From contig OZ241841.1 of NCBI GenBank assembly GCA_965202665.1, positions 1,760,001 through 1,824,000 of the forward strand: a stretch of 64,000 bases of DNA, in the 5' to 3' direction. This document shows positions 55,768 through 64,000 of the stretch, piece by piece. The notes beneath the pieces are model-generated. The model was not told the origin of the DNA. It made no database searches and saw only the letters and a program-made list of their open reading frames with translations. The position numbers and the translations under genes were made by a program. The DNA is from Candidatus Spongiisociaceae bacterium. GTDB taxonomy: Bacteria; Actinomycetota; Acidimicrobiia; Spongiisociales; Spongiisociaceae. Every line of letters starts with the position of its first letter. Within the stretch, counting starts at the first letter, position 1.

Positions 55768-56175
55768 ATGGCCAAGGTCCAAAACCGCTTCGGTCGCCTC
55801 CTGCTGATTTCCCTCGGTTGGTTGATGGCGGGCATAGGGTTCATCGGCATTTTTCTGCCGCTTGTTCCCACCACCGGTCCGGTGTTGCTGGCCGCCTTTC
55901 TGTTTTCGCTGTCATCGGAGCGTTTCGACAGTTGGCTGGCCAACCATCGGGTTTTCGGGCCGATAGTGCGCGACTGGCGGGCCGGGCGCGGGTTCACCGT
56001 CCGGTTGAAGACGACGGCGGTGGCGGCCATCGCCCTCACCTTCGCCGTCACGGTCGGGTTTTTCATCCGGCCCATGCTGGTTCGGTTGTTGCTGGTGGCT
56101 TTGGCGGCGGCGTTGATCATCTACATTCTCTCCTTGCCCACAAAACCGGCCGGTTCCTCGTCCGAACTGGGCTGA
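55768..56175 (+). CDS. YbaN/DUF454 membrane protein
   Basis: GIGFIGIFLPLVPTT..LLAAFLFS.SS.RF..WL..H..FGP. Confidence 0.85.
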   Translation: MAKVQNRFGRLLLISLGWLMAGIGFIGIFLPLVPTTGPVLLAAFLFSLSSERFDSWLANHRVFGPIVRDWRAGRGFTVRLKTTAVAAIALTFAVTVGFFIRPMLVRLLLVALAAALIIYILSLPTKPAGSSSELG

Positions 56176-56196
56176 ACGCGTCCCCGACGGCGGCGG

Positions 56197-58809
56197 TCAG
56201 AACCGGGCGATGGCCTCCACTACGTTCAGTTTGGCGGCCCGGCGGGCCGGGTAGGAGGCGAAAGCCACGCCCAGGACGGCGGTGGCGGCCACCCAGAACA
56301 GCAGACTGCCCAGCACCGAGGAAACCGTCCACGAGTCGGGCAGCCAGGGGATGAGGAAACTGGTGATGCCGATGTCGTTCAGGGCGCGGACTATCGCCCA
56401 GCCGAACAGGATGCCCAAACCCACCCCCAGCAGGCACCCGAACACCGACACGATGACGGCCTCCATCCGCACCATCCAGCGGGCGGTGGGCCGGTCCAGT
56501 CCGACCGCCCGCAACAGGCCGATCTCCCGGGTGCGTTCAAACACCGACAGGGCCATGGTGTTGGTCACCCCCAGCATTCCGATAATCACCGTTATGCCCA
56601 GCAAAGCCAGAATCAGGTTGAGCAACTGGTTTATGCCCTGCTCGGCCTGGCTCAGCAGATCCTCCTCCGTCTGCACGTTGATGGTGGCCAGCTCCTCCAC
56701 CAGAGGTTGGGCTTCGATGGCCGCCTTCAGGTCGTCCGGGCTGACCCCGGGGGCGGCCTGGATGTAAATTTGGGAGTCGGAGACGGAGTCGAACAGGCCA
56801 GGCCATTCGGAACGGTCGATCAAAATCAGCCCCGTCCAGGCCGGCCCGGCGGCGGTCCCCGCCAGCGTGAAAGTCCGTTCCCCGGCCTGCTCGAACTGCA
56901 AGGTCACTTCCCCGCCGATGGCCCACCCGTTGCCGGCGGCGATGCTTTCCTCCATCACCACCTCCCCGGCGCCCGGATGCAAAGTTCCGGCGCTGGACTC
57001 CGGGGGGACGAAGCGGGCGAAATTGGGTTCGACGGAGGTGATGTTCAGTTCGCTGACGTTCTCTTCGGGCCCGGCGGCCGTTTCCCGGACGGACAGGGTG
57101 CGCACCGGGGCGACCTGCAGGCGGGTAAGATCGCCCACCTGCTCCAAGCCCCGCACCTGGTCGGCCAGTTGGGTGGTGAACCCGGCGGTGGGGTCGAACT
57201 GGCTGCTGGAAGTGATGAACACGTCCGCTTCGACGTCGTCGGCCAGCACCTCGTCGATGGTGGCCCGCAGCGACCCGGACATGGTGGAGGCCAAAGCCAC
57301 CAGGGTGATGCTGATCATCACCGCCCCGGCGGTGGCCGCGGTGCGGCGCGGGCTGCGCATGGCGTTGCGGCGGGCCAGTTTTCCGGCCACGCCGGTGCGT
57401 TGCGCGACCCACCCCAGCAGGTTGGTGATGGGCGCCGCGAACAGGGGGCTGAGAATGAACATCCCGAAGAAGACGATCCCCACCCCGATGCCCACCCAGA
57501 CGACGGCGCTCAGTCCCAGTCCGCCCCCGCCGAACAAACCCAGCCAGGCCGCTCCCACCCCGGCGGCGGCGACCGCCCCTCCGCCCGCGGCCCGCTTGAC
57601 CAGGCTGCGCCGGGCGGGGGCCGCCGCATCTTCGTTGAGGGCGGCCATAATCGGCACGCGGGAGGCGCGCCGGGCGGGGGCCAGCGACGACCCGACGGTG
57701 ACCAGCGTTCCGGCGGCCAAGCCGACGATGATGGTGCGGGCGGCGATAACCAGGGAAGTGGTGGGGAACGTGAGCCCGATCGCCCCCAGGCCGGTCTGCA
57801 GGAGCAACGCGATCAGCAACCCGAAGGCGATGCCCAGCAGGGAACCCAGCACCCCCAGGAACAGGGACTCCAGCAACACGATGGCCATCACCTGGGCCTT
57901 GCCGGCCCCGATGGCCCTCAGCAGGGCCAAATCGCGGGTGCGCTGGCTGACCACGATGCGAAAAGTGTTGTAGATGAGGAAAGCCCCCACGAACAGGGCG
58001 ATGTAGCCGAAAACGGTGAGGAAAGTGGTGAGAAAACCCAGGTTGCCCTGCAACTCGGCCGCCTGTTCCTCGGCCGCCTGCTGTCCGGAAACCGCCGCGG
58101 CGTTGGGGGGAAGCAACGGGTCCATGGCGGCGATCACCTCTTCCACCGGCGTTCCCGGAATCACGTACACGTTGCCGCCCGACACCTTCCCCGGCAGGCC
58201 CAGGGCCTGCTGGGCGGTGGGCAGGTCGAACAGGACCCATCGCGACCCCAGGTTGTCGATTTCGGCCAGCCGGGCGGTCGCCGTCAAAAGCGGCTCCATT
58301 CGGCCCAGTTGTTTGCTGACCAGGCTGATCCGCTCGCCGATTTGGAAACCGTTGGCTTCGGCGGTGGCCCGGTCCAAGGCCACCTGGTCCGGCCCCGCCG
58401 GGTAGAGTCCCTGGTCGATCACGAACCCGGCCGAATCCCCCTCCTCCAGATTGGAGGTGAAAGTGGGGGTTCCCTGGGCGCCGATCACCTCCCCTTCCCG
58501 GTCCAGCAACGACAAACCCTGTCCGGCCAGGGAAGGGTAGGCCCGTTGCACGCCGGGGACGGAGGCCAGCCGGTCGAAGTCTTCCTGGTCCATGAAAGAA
58601 CCCTCCCCGAAGGTGAAATCGGATTCGGTGCGCACCACGATGTCCACTCCGGAGAAAGACTCTTCGAAGATTTCATTGAAGCCCCGGTTGATGGTGTCGG
58701 AGTAGACGTAGACGCCGCAGATCAGGCCCACCCCCAGCACGATGGCCATCAGGGTGAGGGTCATTCGGGCCCGGTAGGCCCACAGGCTTTTTAGAGAAGC
58801 GCGGAACAT
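56197..58809 (-). CDS. ABC exporter permease (double FtsX/MacB domain)
   Basis: IYNTFRIVVSQRTRDLALLRAIGA; NTMALSVFERTREIGLLRAVG. Confidence 0.92.
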   Translation of the reverse strand: MFRASLKSLWAYRARMTLTLMAIVLGVGLICGVYVYSDTINRGFNEIFEESFSGVDIVVRTESDFTFGEGSFMDQEDFDRLASVPGVQRAYPSLAGQGLSLLDREGEVIGAQGTPTFTSNLEEGDSAGFVIDQGLYPAGPDQVALDRATAEANGFQIGERISLVSKQLGRMEPLLTATARLAEIDNLGSRWVLFDLPTAQQALGLPGKVSGGNVYVIPGTPVEEVIAAMDPLLPPNAAAVSGQQAAEEQAAELQGNLGFLTTFLTVFGYIALFVGAFLIYNTFRIVVSQRTRDLALLRAIGAGKAQVMAIVLLESLFLGVLGSLLGIAFGLLIALLLQTGLGAIGLTFPTTSLVIAARTIIVGLAAGTLVTVGSSLAPARRASRVPIMAALNEDAAAPARRSLVKRAAGGGAVAAAGVGAAWLGLFGGGGLGLSAVVWVGIGVGIVFFGMFILSPLFAAPITNLLGWVAQRTGVAGKLARRNAMRSPRRTAATAGAVMISITLVALASTMSGSLRATIDEVLADDVEADVFITSSSQFDPTAGFTTQLADQVRGLEQVGDLTRLQVAPVRTLSVRETAAGPEENVSELNITSVEPNFARFVPPESSAGTLHPGAGEVVMEESIAAGNGWAIGGEVTLQFEQAGERTFTLAGTAAGPAWTGLILIDRSEWPGLFDSVSDSQIYIQAAPGVSPDDLKAAIEAQPLVEELATINVQTEEDLLSQAEQGINQLLNLILALLGITVIIGMLGVTNTMALSVFERTREIGLLRAVGLDRPTARWMVRMEAVIVSVFGCLLGVGLGILFGWAIVRALNDIGITSFLIPWLPDSWTVSSVLGSLLFWVAATAVLGVAFASYPARRAAKLNVVEAIARF

Positions 58810-59550
58810 TTACCTCTCCAAACCTATGATGCGGTCCAGCACCCGCTCCGGGGTGGGGTCGGTCATTTCCGACACGATCCGCCCGTCGGCCAGAAACACC
58901 ACTCGTCCGGCGTGGCTGGCGGCCACCGCGTCGTGGGTGACCATCACAATCGTCTGCCCGAAGTCGCGCACCGCCCCGGCCAGGAAGTCGAGCAGTTCGC
59001 CGCTGGCCGCCGAATCCAAGTTGCCGGTGGGTTCGTCGGCGAAGATCAGGTCGGGGCGGGCCGCCAGCGCCCGGGCGGCCGCCACCCGTTGCTGCTGCCC
59101 GCCGGACAGTTCGGAGGGGCGGTGGCGGAGCCGGTCGCCCAAACCCAAAGTTTCCACCACCTGGTCCAGCCATTCCCGGTCCGGTTTGGAGGAGGCCAGA
59201 TCGGCGGGGAGGGTGATGTTCTCTTTGGCGTTGAGGGTGGGCACCAGGTTGAACGCTTGGAAAATGAAACCCACCCGGCGGCGGCGCATGCGGGTCAGCT
59301 GCCGGTCGTTGAGTTTTGAAATGTCCTGGTCGCCGATCCACACCGTGCCTTCGGATACTTCGTCCAGTCCGGCCATGCAGTGCATGAGGGTGGATTTACC
59401 GGAGCCGGAGGGCCCCATCACCGCCACGAACTCCCCGGCGTGGAAGGAGACCGACACCTGGTCCAGGGCGGTGACCCGGGTGTCGCCGGAGCCGTATATT
59501 TTGGTTATTTCCTCGGCGCGGGCGGCGGCGGTCGGGGCGGGCGCAGTCAT
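58810..59550 (-). CDS. ABC exporter ATP-binding protein (LolD/MacB type)
   Basis: GPSGSGKST, LSGGQQQRV, ADEPTGNLD. Confidence 0.94.
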   Translation of the reverse strand: MTAPAPTAAARAEEITKIYGSGDTRVTALDQVSVSFHAGEFVAVMGPSGSGKSTLMHCMAGLDEVSEGTVWIGDQDISKLNDRQLTRMRRRRVGFIFQAFNLVPTLNAKENITLPADLASSKPDREWLDQVVETLGLGDRLRHRPSELSGGQQQRVAAARALAARPDLIFADEPTGNLDSAASGELLDFLAGAVRDFGQTIVMVTHDAVAASHAGRVVFLADGRIVSEMTDPTPERVLDRIIGLER

Positions 59551-59803
59551 AGGGTTTCCTTTCGATGGGGGATTTCCAGGCTTTGGCGCGGTTGGGCCGG
59601 GTTGTTGCGCACAGGCTCAAACCCGGTTCCAATTTCAGGCTAGCACCGCCCGATTTTTAGTTGTCACGGGAGTATCGCCGCCCATCGTTAACCGGCCCGC
59701 CGGGCGACTTGCTTGGGAACCAGGCCTCCGCGGCGGGGCCGGGTTCTCACCGAGAAACCCGTTTATGAGCGATAGTCGGCGCGGGGCGGCTAGTATTCGG
59801 AGC

Positions 59804-60463
59804 ATGACAACTATGCCCATGGATACGGTACGGGAAGAAGTAGAAACCCTGCTGTCGGTCAACGACGAGGCCCGGGAGCGGATAATCGAAATCCGGGATC
59901 AGGAGCCCGGCGAAGAAGAGTACGGGTTGCTGATTGAGATCACCGGGGTGCGGGGAATGCAGTTCGACTATTCGCTGTCGTTCACGCCCCTCAGCGAGGC
60001 GGGGGCGACCGACAACGTGGAACGGCATGGGGGGCTGGCGGTCATCATCCCCGCCGCCCACGCCGACAACATGAGGGGGGCCGTCCTTACCATGTCCTCC
60101 GATCCGATGTCGCCCGGTTTGGCCATCGACAACCCCAACGGACCCTCGCCCGTCATGCCCTCCGCCCCGCCCGGCGACCTGAGCGGCCCCGTCGCCGAAC
60201 GGGTGGAGCAGGTGCTGGCCGAACAGGTCAACCCGGCCATCGCCTCCCATGGCGGCCAGGCCCGGCTGATTAGCGAAGAAAACGGGGTGGTCTATCTGCA
60301 GTTGGGAGGCGGGTGCCAGGGATGCGGAATGGCCGCCGTCACTTTGCGCCAAGGGATAGAACGCATATTGCGGGAAGCCGTCCCCGACATTGTGGAAGTG
60401 GTGGATGTAACCGACCATCAGAGCGGGGACAACCCCTACTACGCCGCCTCCAAAAAAGGCTGA
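59804..60463 (+). CDS. nfuA: NfuA Fe-S biogenesis protein
   Basis: Degenerate A-type N-domain plus NifU-C domain VNPAIASHGG..GGGCQGC..TL.QGIE..DVTDH..G.NPYY. Confidence 0.88.
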   Translation: MTTMPMDTVREEVETLLSVNDEARERIIEIRDQEPGEEEYGLLIEITGVRGMQFDYSLSFTPLSEAGATDNVERHGGLAVIIPAAHADNMRGAVLTMSSDPMSPGLAIDNPNGPSPVMPSAPPGDLSGPVAERVEQVLAEQVNPAIASHGGQARLISEENGVVYLQLGGGCQGCGMAAVTLRQGIERILREAVPDIVEVVDVTDHQSGDNPYYAASKKG

Positions 60464-60512
60464 CAAAGACCTGTTTGCCGCACCTGCCGGGCGCCCGTCG
60501 ACCTAATTATTT

Positions 60513-60567
60513 TTTTACCCGCCGTTTACCCGCAGGGTTTCCTCCGTTAACCGCCGCCTTATAGCGT
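60513..60567 (+). promoter_or_regulatory. PHO-box-like 11-bp direct repeats and -10 upstream of pstS
   Basis: ttttacc (60513), gtttacc (60524), gttaacc (60546) in 11-bp register; similar to the actinobacterial GTTCACC PHO unit; TAGCGT at 60562. Confidence 0.65.
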
Positions 60568-60595
60568 AGGGCGCAACATTCCCAAAAGGAGAGGT

Positions 60596-61687
60596 GTGAT
60601 GACGTTCACCAAACGCGTACGAATTCCGGCCCTGTTGATCGCGCTGGGCCTTATCGCGGCCGCCTGCGGCGGGGAAAGCGGGTCGCAGGTGACCACTATG
60701 GCCACCGTCGCCGCCGCGGACGAGGCGACGACCAGCGAGGCCGCGGCCGGCGAGGACTCCGCGGCGGGTCAGGGGCCGGCCGGCGGTTCCGGTTCGTTTG
60801 GTTTGGAGGCGGTGGATCCGTTGGGCGTGTCGGGTGATATTGCGGTGGCGGGTTCGTCGACGGTGTTTCCGTTGGCGGAGGCCCTGGCCGCACGGTTTGA
60901 GGACGAGGGTTACAGCGGTTTGATAACTATTGATTCGATTGGCACCGGCGGGGGTTTTGAGCGTTTTTGCGTGGCCGGGGAATCCGATGTGTCCAACGCT
61001 TCGCGTCCGATTAAAGATTCGGAGGTGGAATCGTGCCGGGCGATCGGCCGGGAGCCGATTGAGTTCCGGGTGGGGACGGACGCGTTGGCGGTGGCTGTTT
61101 CACCGGGCAACGCTTTTGCGGCGGATTTGACGGTGGAAGAGTTGGGGGTGTTGTTCTCCACGGCTGAGACATGGCGGGATGTGCGGTCCGAGTTCCCGGC
61201 GAATCCGATCCAGCGGTTTATTCCGGGGACGGATTCGGGGACGTTTGATTATTTCGTAGAAGAGGTGTTCGACGAGGACGAGGGTCCGATTTTGGCGGCG
61301 TCCAACACGCAGCTGTCGGAGGACGACAATGTGCTGGTGCAGGGGATCGCCGGGGACGGGTGCAATCCGGATGACGCTTCGTCGACTTGCGCGGTCGGGT
61401 TTTTCGGTTATGCCTATTACCAGGAGAACCAGGATCGGTTGTCGGTGTTGGACGTGGAAGGGATAACCCCGACGTCGGATACGGTGAACGCCAACGAGTA
61501 TCCGCTGGCTCGTCCCATGTTTATGTATTCCACGTCCTCCATCATCGCCGAGAAGCCCCAGGTCGGGCAGTTCCTGAGCTTCGTGTTGCAGTTCGTGAAC
61601 GAGGAAATAGGCGAGGCGGGTTACTTCCCCGCCCCCGACAGCGTCCTCCAAGCCGCCGCCGGCCAACTGGCGACCGCCCTTGGATAG
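60596..61687 (+). CDS. pstS: Phosphate ABC transporter binding lipoprotein
   Basis: Lipobox AAAC; GSSTVFPL, GTGGGFERFC, ASRPIK, DSGTFDYF, YPLARP. Confidence 0.93.
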   Translation: MMTFTKRVRIPALLIALGLIAAACGGESGSQVTTMATVAAADEATTSEAAAGEDSAAGQGPAGGSGSFGLEAVDPLGVSGDIAVAGSSTVFPLAEALAARFEDEGYSGLITIDSIGTGGGFERFCVAGESDVSNASRPIKDSEVESCRAIGREPIEFRVGTDALAVAVSPGNAFAADLTVEELGVLFSTAETWRDVRSEFPANPIQRFIPGTDSGTFDYFVEEVFDEDEGPILAASNTQLSEDDNVLVQGIAGDGCNPDDASSTCAVGFFGYAYYQENQDRLSVLDVEGITPTSDTVNANEYPLARPMFMYSTSSIIAEKPQVGQFLSFVLQFVNEEIGEAGYFPAPDSVLQAAAGQLATALG

Positions 61688-61818
61688 GACAGCGCGCAAA
61701 CCTTTTCCGGGGGTTTCCGGGTCTCCGGAACGGGACTCTTCCAACCGACCGGAGGGCGGGGCCCGGCCCCGGCTTCGCCCGCCGGTTCCCTATTATTCCG
61801 GGAGAGGGAGGTAGCCCA

Positions 61819-62790
61819 ATCACCGTCAAGACGACCAGCGAAGGCAAGCCGGCCGTCCGCAGGCTTCGCAAACGGGCCCGCCCGGGAGAGGCGGTAATCG
61901 GCGGGTTGCTGTTCATCGCCGCCGCCATCTCCATTCTCACCACGGTCGGCTTGGTGTTCGAACTGGGCCGCGAGGCCCTCCTCTTTTTCAGGTCGCAGGA
62001 GGCTTCGGTGGCCGAATTCTTCAGTTCCACCAACTGGCAACCGGCCATCCTGGACTTCGGCATCTGGCCGCTGGTGCTGGCCACCCTCACCACTTCCGGC
62101 ATCGCCATGCTGGTGGCCCTGCCCATCGGCTTGGCCGCCGCCATCTACCTGAGCGAATACGCCTCGGTCCGGGTGCGCTCGGTGGTCAAACCGATTTTGG
62201 AGGTGCTGGCGGGCATTCCCACCGTGGTCTACGGCTACTTCGCCCTCACTTTCATGACGCCGTTGCTGCGGTCGGTTCTGGGGTCGGAGGTGGTGGAAAT
62301 TTTCAACACCGCTTCGGCGGGGATCGTGGTGGGGATTCTGATCATCCCGCTGGTCAGTTCCATGTCCGAAGACGCCCTGCATGCGGTGCCCATGTCCCTG
62401 CGGGCCGGGGCCTACGCGGTGGGGGCCACCAAACTGGAAACTTCTTTGCGGGTGGTGCTGCCCGCCGCCCTGTCGGGGATCACCGCCGCCTTCGTGGTGT
62501 CCATCTCCCGGGCCATCGGGGAGACGATGGTGGTGGCCATCGCCGCCGGGGCCGGCCCTAAAAATTTCACTTTCGGGGAGGACAGCCTGTTCGGCTACAT
62601 ACTCAACCCGTTCGTGGCGGGGGAGACGATGACCGGCCACATCGTCCGCATCAGCGGCGGCGACCTCAGTTACGACTCCATTGATTACAACTCCATTTTC
62701 GCCATCGGTTTGGCCCTGTTCGCAATCACGCTGTTGCTGAACGTGATCAGCCGCCGGTTCGTGGCCCGCTTCCGGGAGGTCTACGAATGA
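61819..62790 (+). CDS. pstC: Phosphate ABC transporter permease (start uncertain, possibly ATC)
   Basis: [42 protein letters not shown]. Confidence 0.92.
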   Translation: MTVKTTSEGKPAVRRLRKRARPGEAVIGGLLFIAAAISILTTVGLVFELGREALLFFRSQEASVAEFFSSTNWQPAILDFGIWPLVLATLTTSGIAMLVALPIGLAAAIYLSEYASVRVRSVVKPILEVLAGIPTVVYGYFALTFMTPLLRSVLGSEVVEIFNTASAGIVVGILIIPLVSSMSEDALHAVPMSLRAGAYAVGATKLETSLRVVLPAALSGITAAFVVSISRAIGETMVVAIAAGAGPKNFTFGEDSLFGYILNPFVAGETMTGHIVRISGGDLSYDSIDYNSIFAIGLALFAITLLLNVISRRFVARFREVYE

Positions 62791-64000
62791 GCCGCCCGGC
62801 GGGTTTGCGGGACGGGCGGGAATCCCGCCAGCCGCGTTTGACGGAGGTTCCCGCCCAGTTGCGCCGCCGCCGCGGCTGGGGGAAGGCGGTGCGCATCAGC
62901 CTGTTGGCCGCCCTGATGACGGCGGTGGCGGCTCTGGTCACCCTGTTGCTGACCGTGCTCAACTCCTCCTTCGGTTTGATCGCGGTGGAAAACGAGAACT
63001 CCCCCCGGGAGTTGGTCGCCTCCGTGGGGCGCCCGGCGGACGCGGAAATGTCCGACTTGGGCAAACAGGAGCTGGTCTCCTTGCTCACCGCCGAAATATC
63101 CCTCAACCTGGGGCGGCGCTTGGAACGGGAACAGAAATTCTTCGACGACCGGTTGGTATTCGAAGACCCGGCCGTCCTCAACGAACTGTGCGCCTCCGGC
63201 CAACCCCCGCCCGCCTGTTCGCTCCCCGCCCGAAGCCGGGGGGACGTGCTGGACTTGGTGGTGGAGCGGGTGGTGCAACCCACCGTGGTCGGGACCTGGT
63301 CGTTCTACGATTCGGTTTTCAATCGGGACGAGGCGGAGGCGGAGGCGGCCGCCAAGTTTCCCAACGCCCAATTGGAGTTCCGTTCCTGGGTTTCCTGGGA
63401 TTTCATCATCAGCCCGCAGGATCCGGAACCGGCCATCGCCGGCATCCGCACCGCCCTGCTGGGGTCGCTGTGGGTGGTGATGATCACCCTGCTGTTTTCT
63501 TTTCCGGTGGGGGTGGGGGCCGCCATATATTTGGAGGAGTACGCCCGGAAGAACCGCTTCAACTCAATGATTCAAACCAACATCAACAACTTGGCCGGGG
63601 TTCCGTCCATTATCTACGGGATGCTGGGCCTGGCCATTTTCGTACGCACCCTGGAGGTGATCACCAGCGGCTCCTTCCTGGGCGGGGGCAGCGACGCCAC
63701 ATCCAACGGGCGCACCATTTTGGCGGCCGGCCTGACGTTGGGACTGCTGATTTTGCCCATCATCATCATCAACTCGCAGGAGGCCATCCGGGCCGTTCCC
63801 CGGTCGTTGCGCCAAGCCGGGTTGGCCTTGGGCTCCACCCGCTGGCAGACCGTCCGCTCCCATGTGCTGCCCAACGCCCTGCCCGGCATTTTCACCGGCA
63901 CCATTTTGGCTTTGGCCCGGGCGTTGGGGGAAACCGCCCCGCTGGTGGTGGTGGGGGCCTCCACTTTCATCACCACCGACCCGTCCGGTCCTTTCTCCAA
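62787..64000 (+). CDS. pstA: Phosphate ABC transporter permease, runs off window end
   Basis: [48 protein letters not shown]; large extracellular insertion. Confidence 0.9.
   Translation, partial: MSRPAGLRDGRESRQPRLTEVPAQLRRRRGWGKAVRISLLAALMTAVAALVTLLLTVLNSSFGLIAVENENSPRELVASVGRPADAEMSDLGKQELVSLLTAEISLNLGRRLEREQKFFDDRLVFEDPAVLNELCASGQPPPACSLPARSRGDVLDLVVERVVQPTVVGTWSFYDSVFNRDEAEAEAAAKFPNAQLEFRSWVSWDFIISPQDPEPAIAGIRTALLGSLWVVMITLLFSFPVGVGAAIYLEEYARKNRFNSMIQTNINNLAGVPSIIYGMLGLAIFVRTLEVITSGSFLGGGSDATSNGRTILAAGLTLGLLILPIIIINSQEAIRAVPRSLRQAGLALGSTRWQTVRSHVLPNALPGIFTGTILALARALGETAPLVVVGASTFITTDPSGPFS

Overview
High-GC actinobacterial window; gene content and style suggest Acidimicrobiia (inference, not tested). 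Core genes: phenylacetyl-CoA epoxidase paaA(partial)BCDE plus TetR, rnhA, an MprAB-like two-component pair, selB-selA, fxsA/NUDIX/MBL/M23 peptidase, Fe-S carriers (Mrp, ErpA, NfuA), RidA, ALDH7-like dehydrogenase, glnII, nhaA, an ABC exporter and pstSCA. The most striking part is 10.7-27.1 kb. It holds three copies of a large surface-protein gene (SLH x3, Ig-like stalk, FG-GAP beta-propeller) arranged A(-) / promoter / B(+) / C(-). The copies share 0.9-1.6 kb near-identical 5' blocks, have mosaic hypervariable propeller loops, and end in the same 3' hairpin. Only B has a promoter, RBS and full signal peptide. This layout fits inversion- or conversion-based surface variation resembling the Campylobacter fetus sap locus; no recombinase is present and IS481/ISL3 debris is interspersed. 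Other highlights: a type IIG-like R-M gene split at a C16 tract (possibly phase variable), a SAM-I riboswitch followed by a Met/Cys-containing leader ORF upstream of osmC and a flavoprotein gene, MprA-box-like and PHO-box-like repeats, probable ATT/ATC start codons, and foreign relics with strong CAG/CTG enrichment and CpG depletion. All calls come from reading the sequence by eye; no searches were run.
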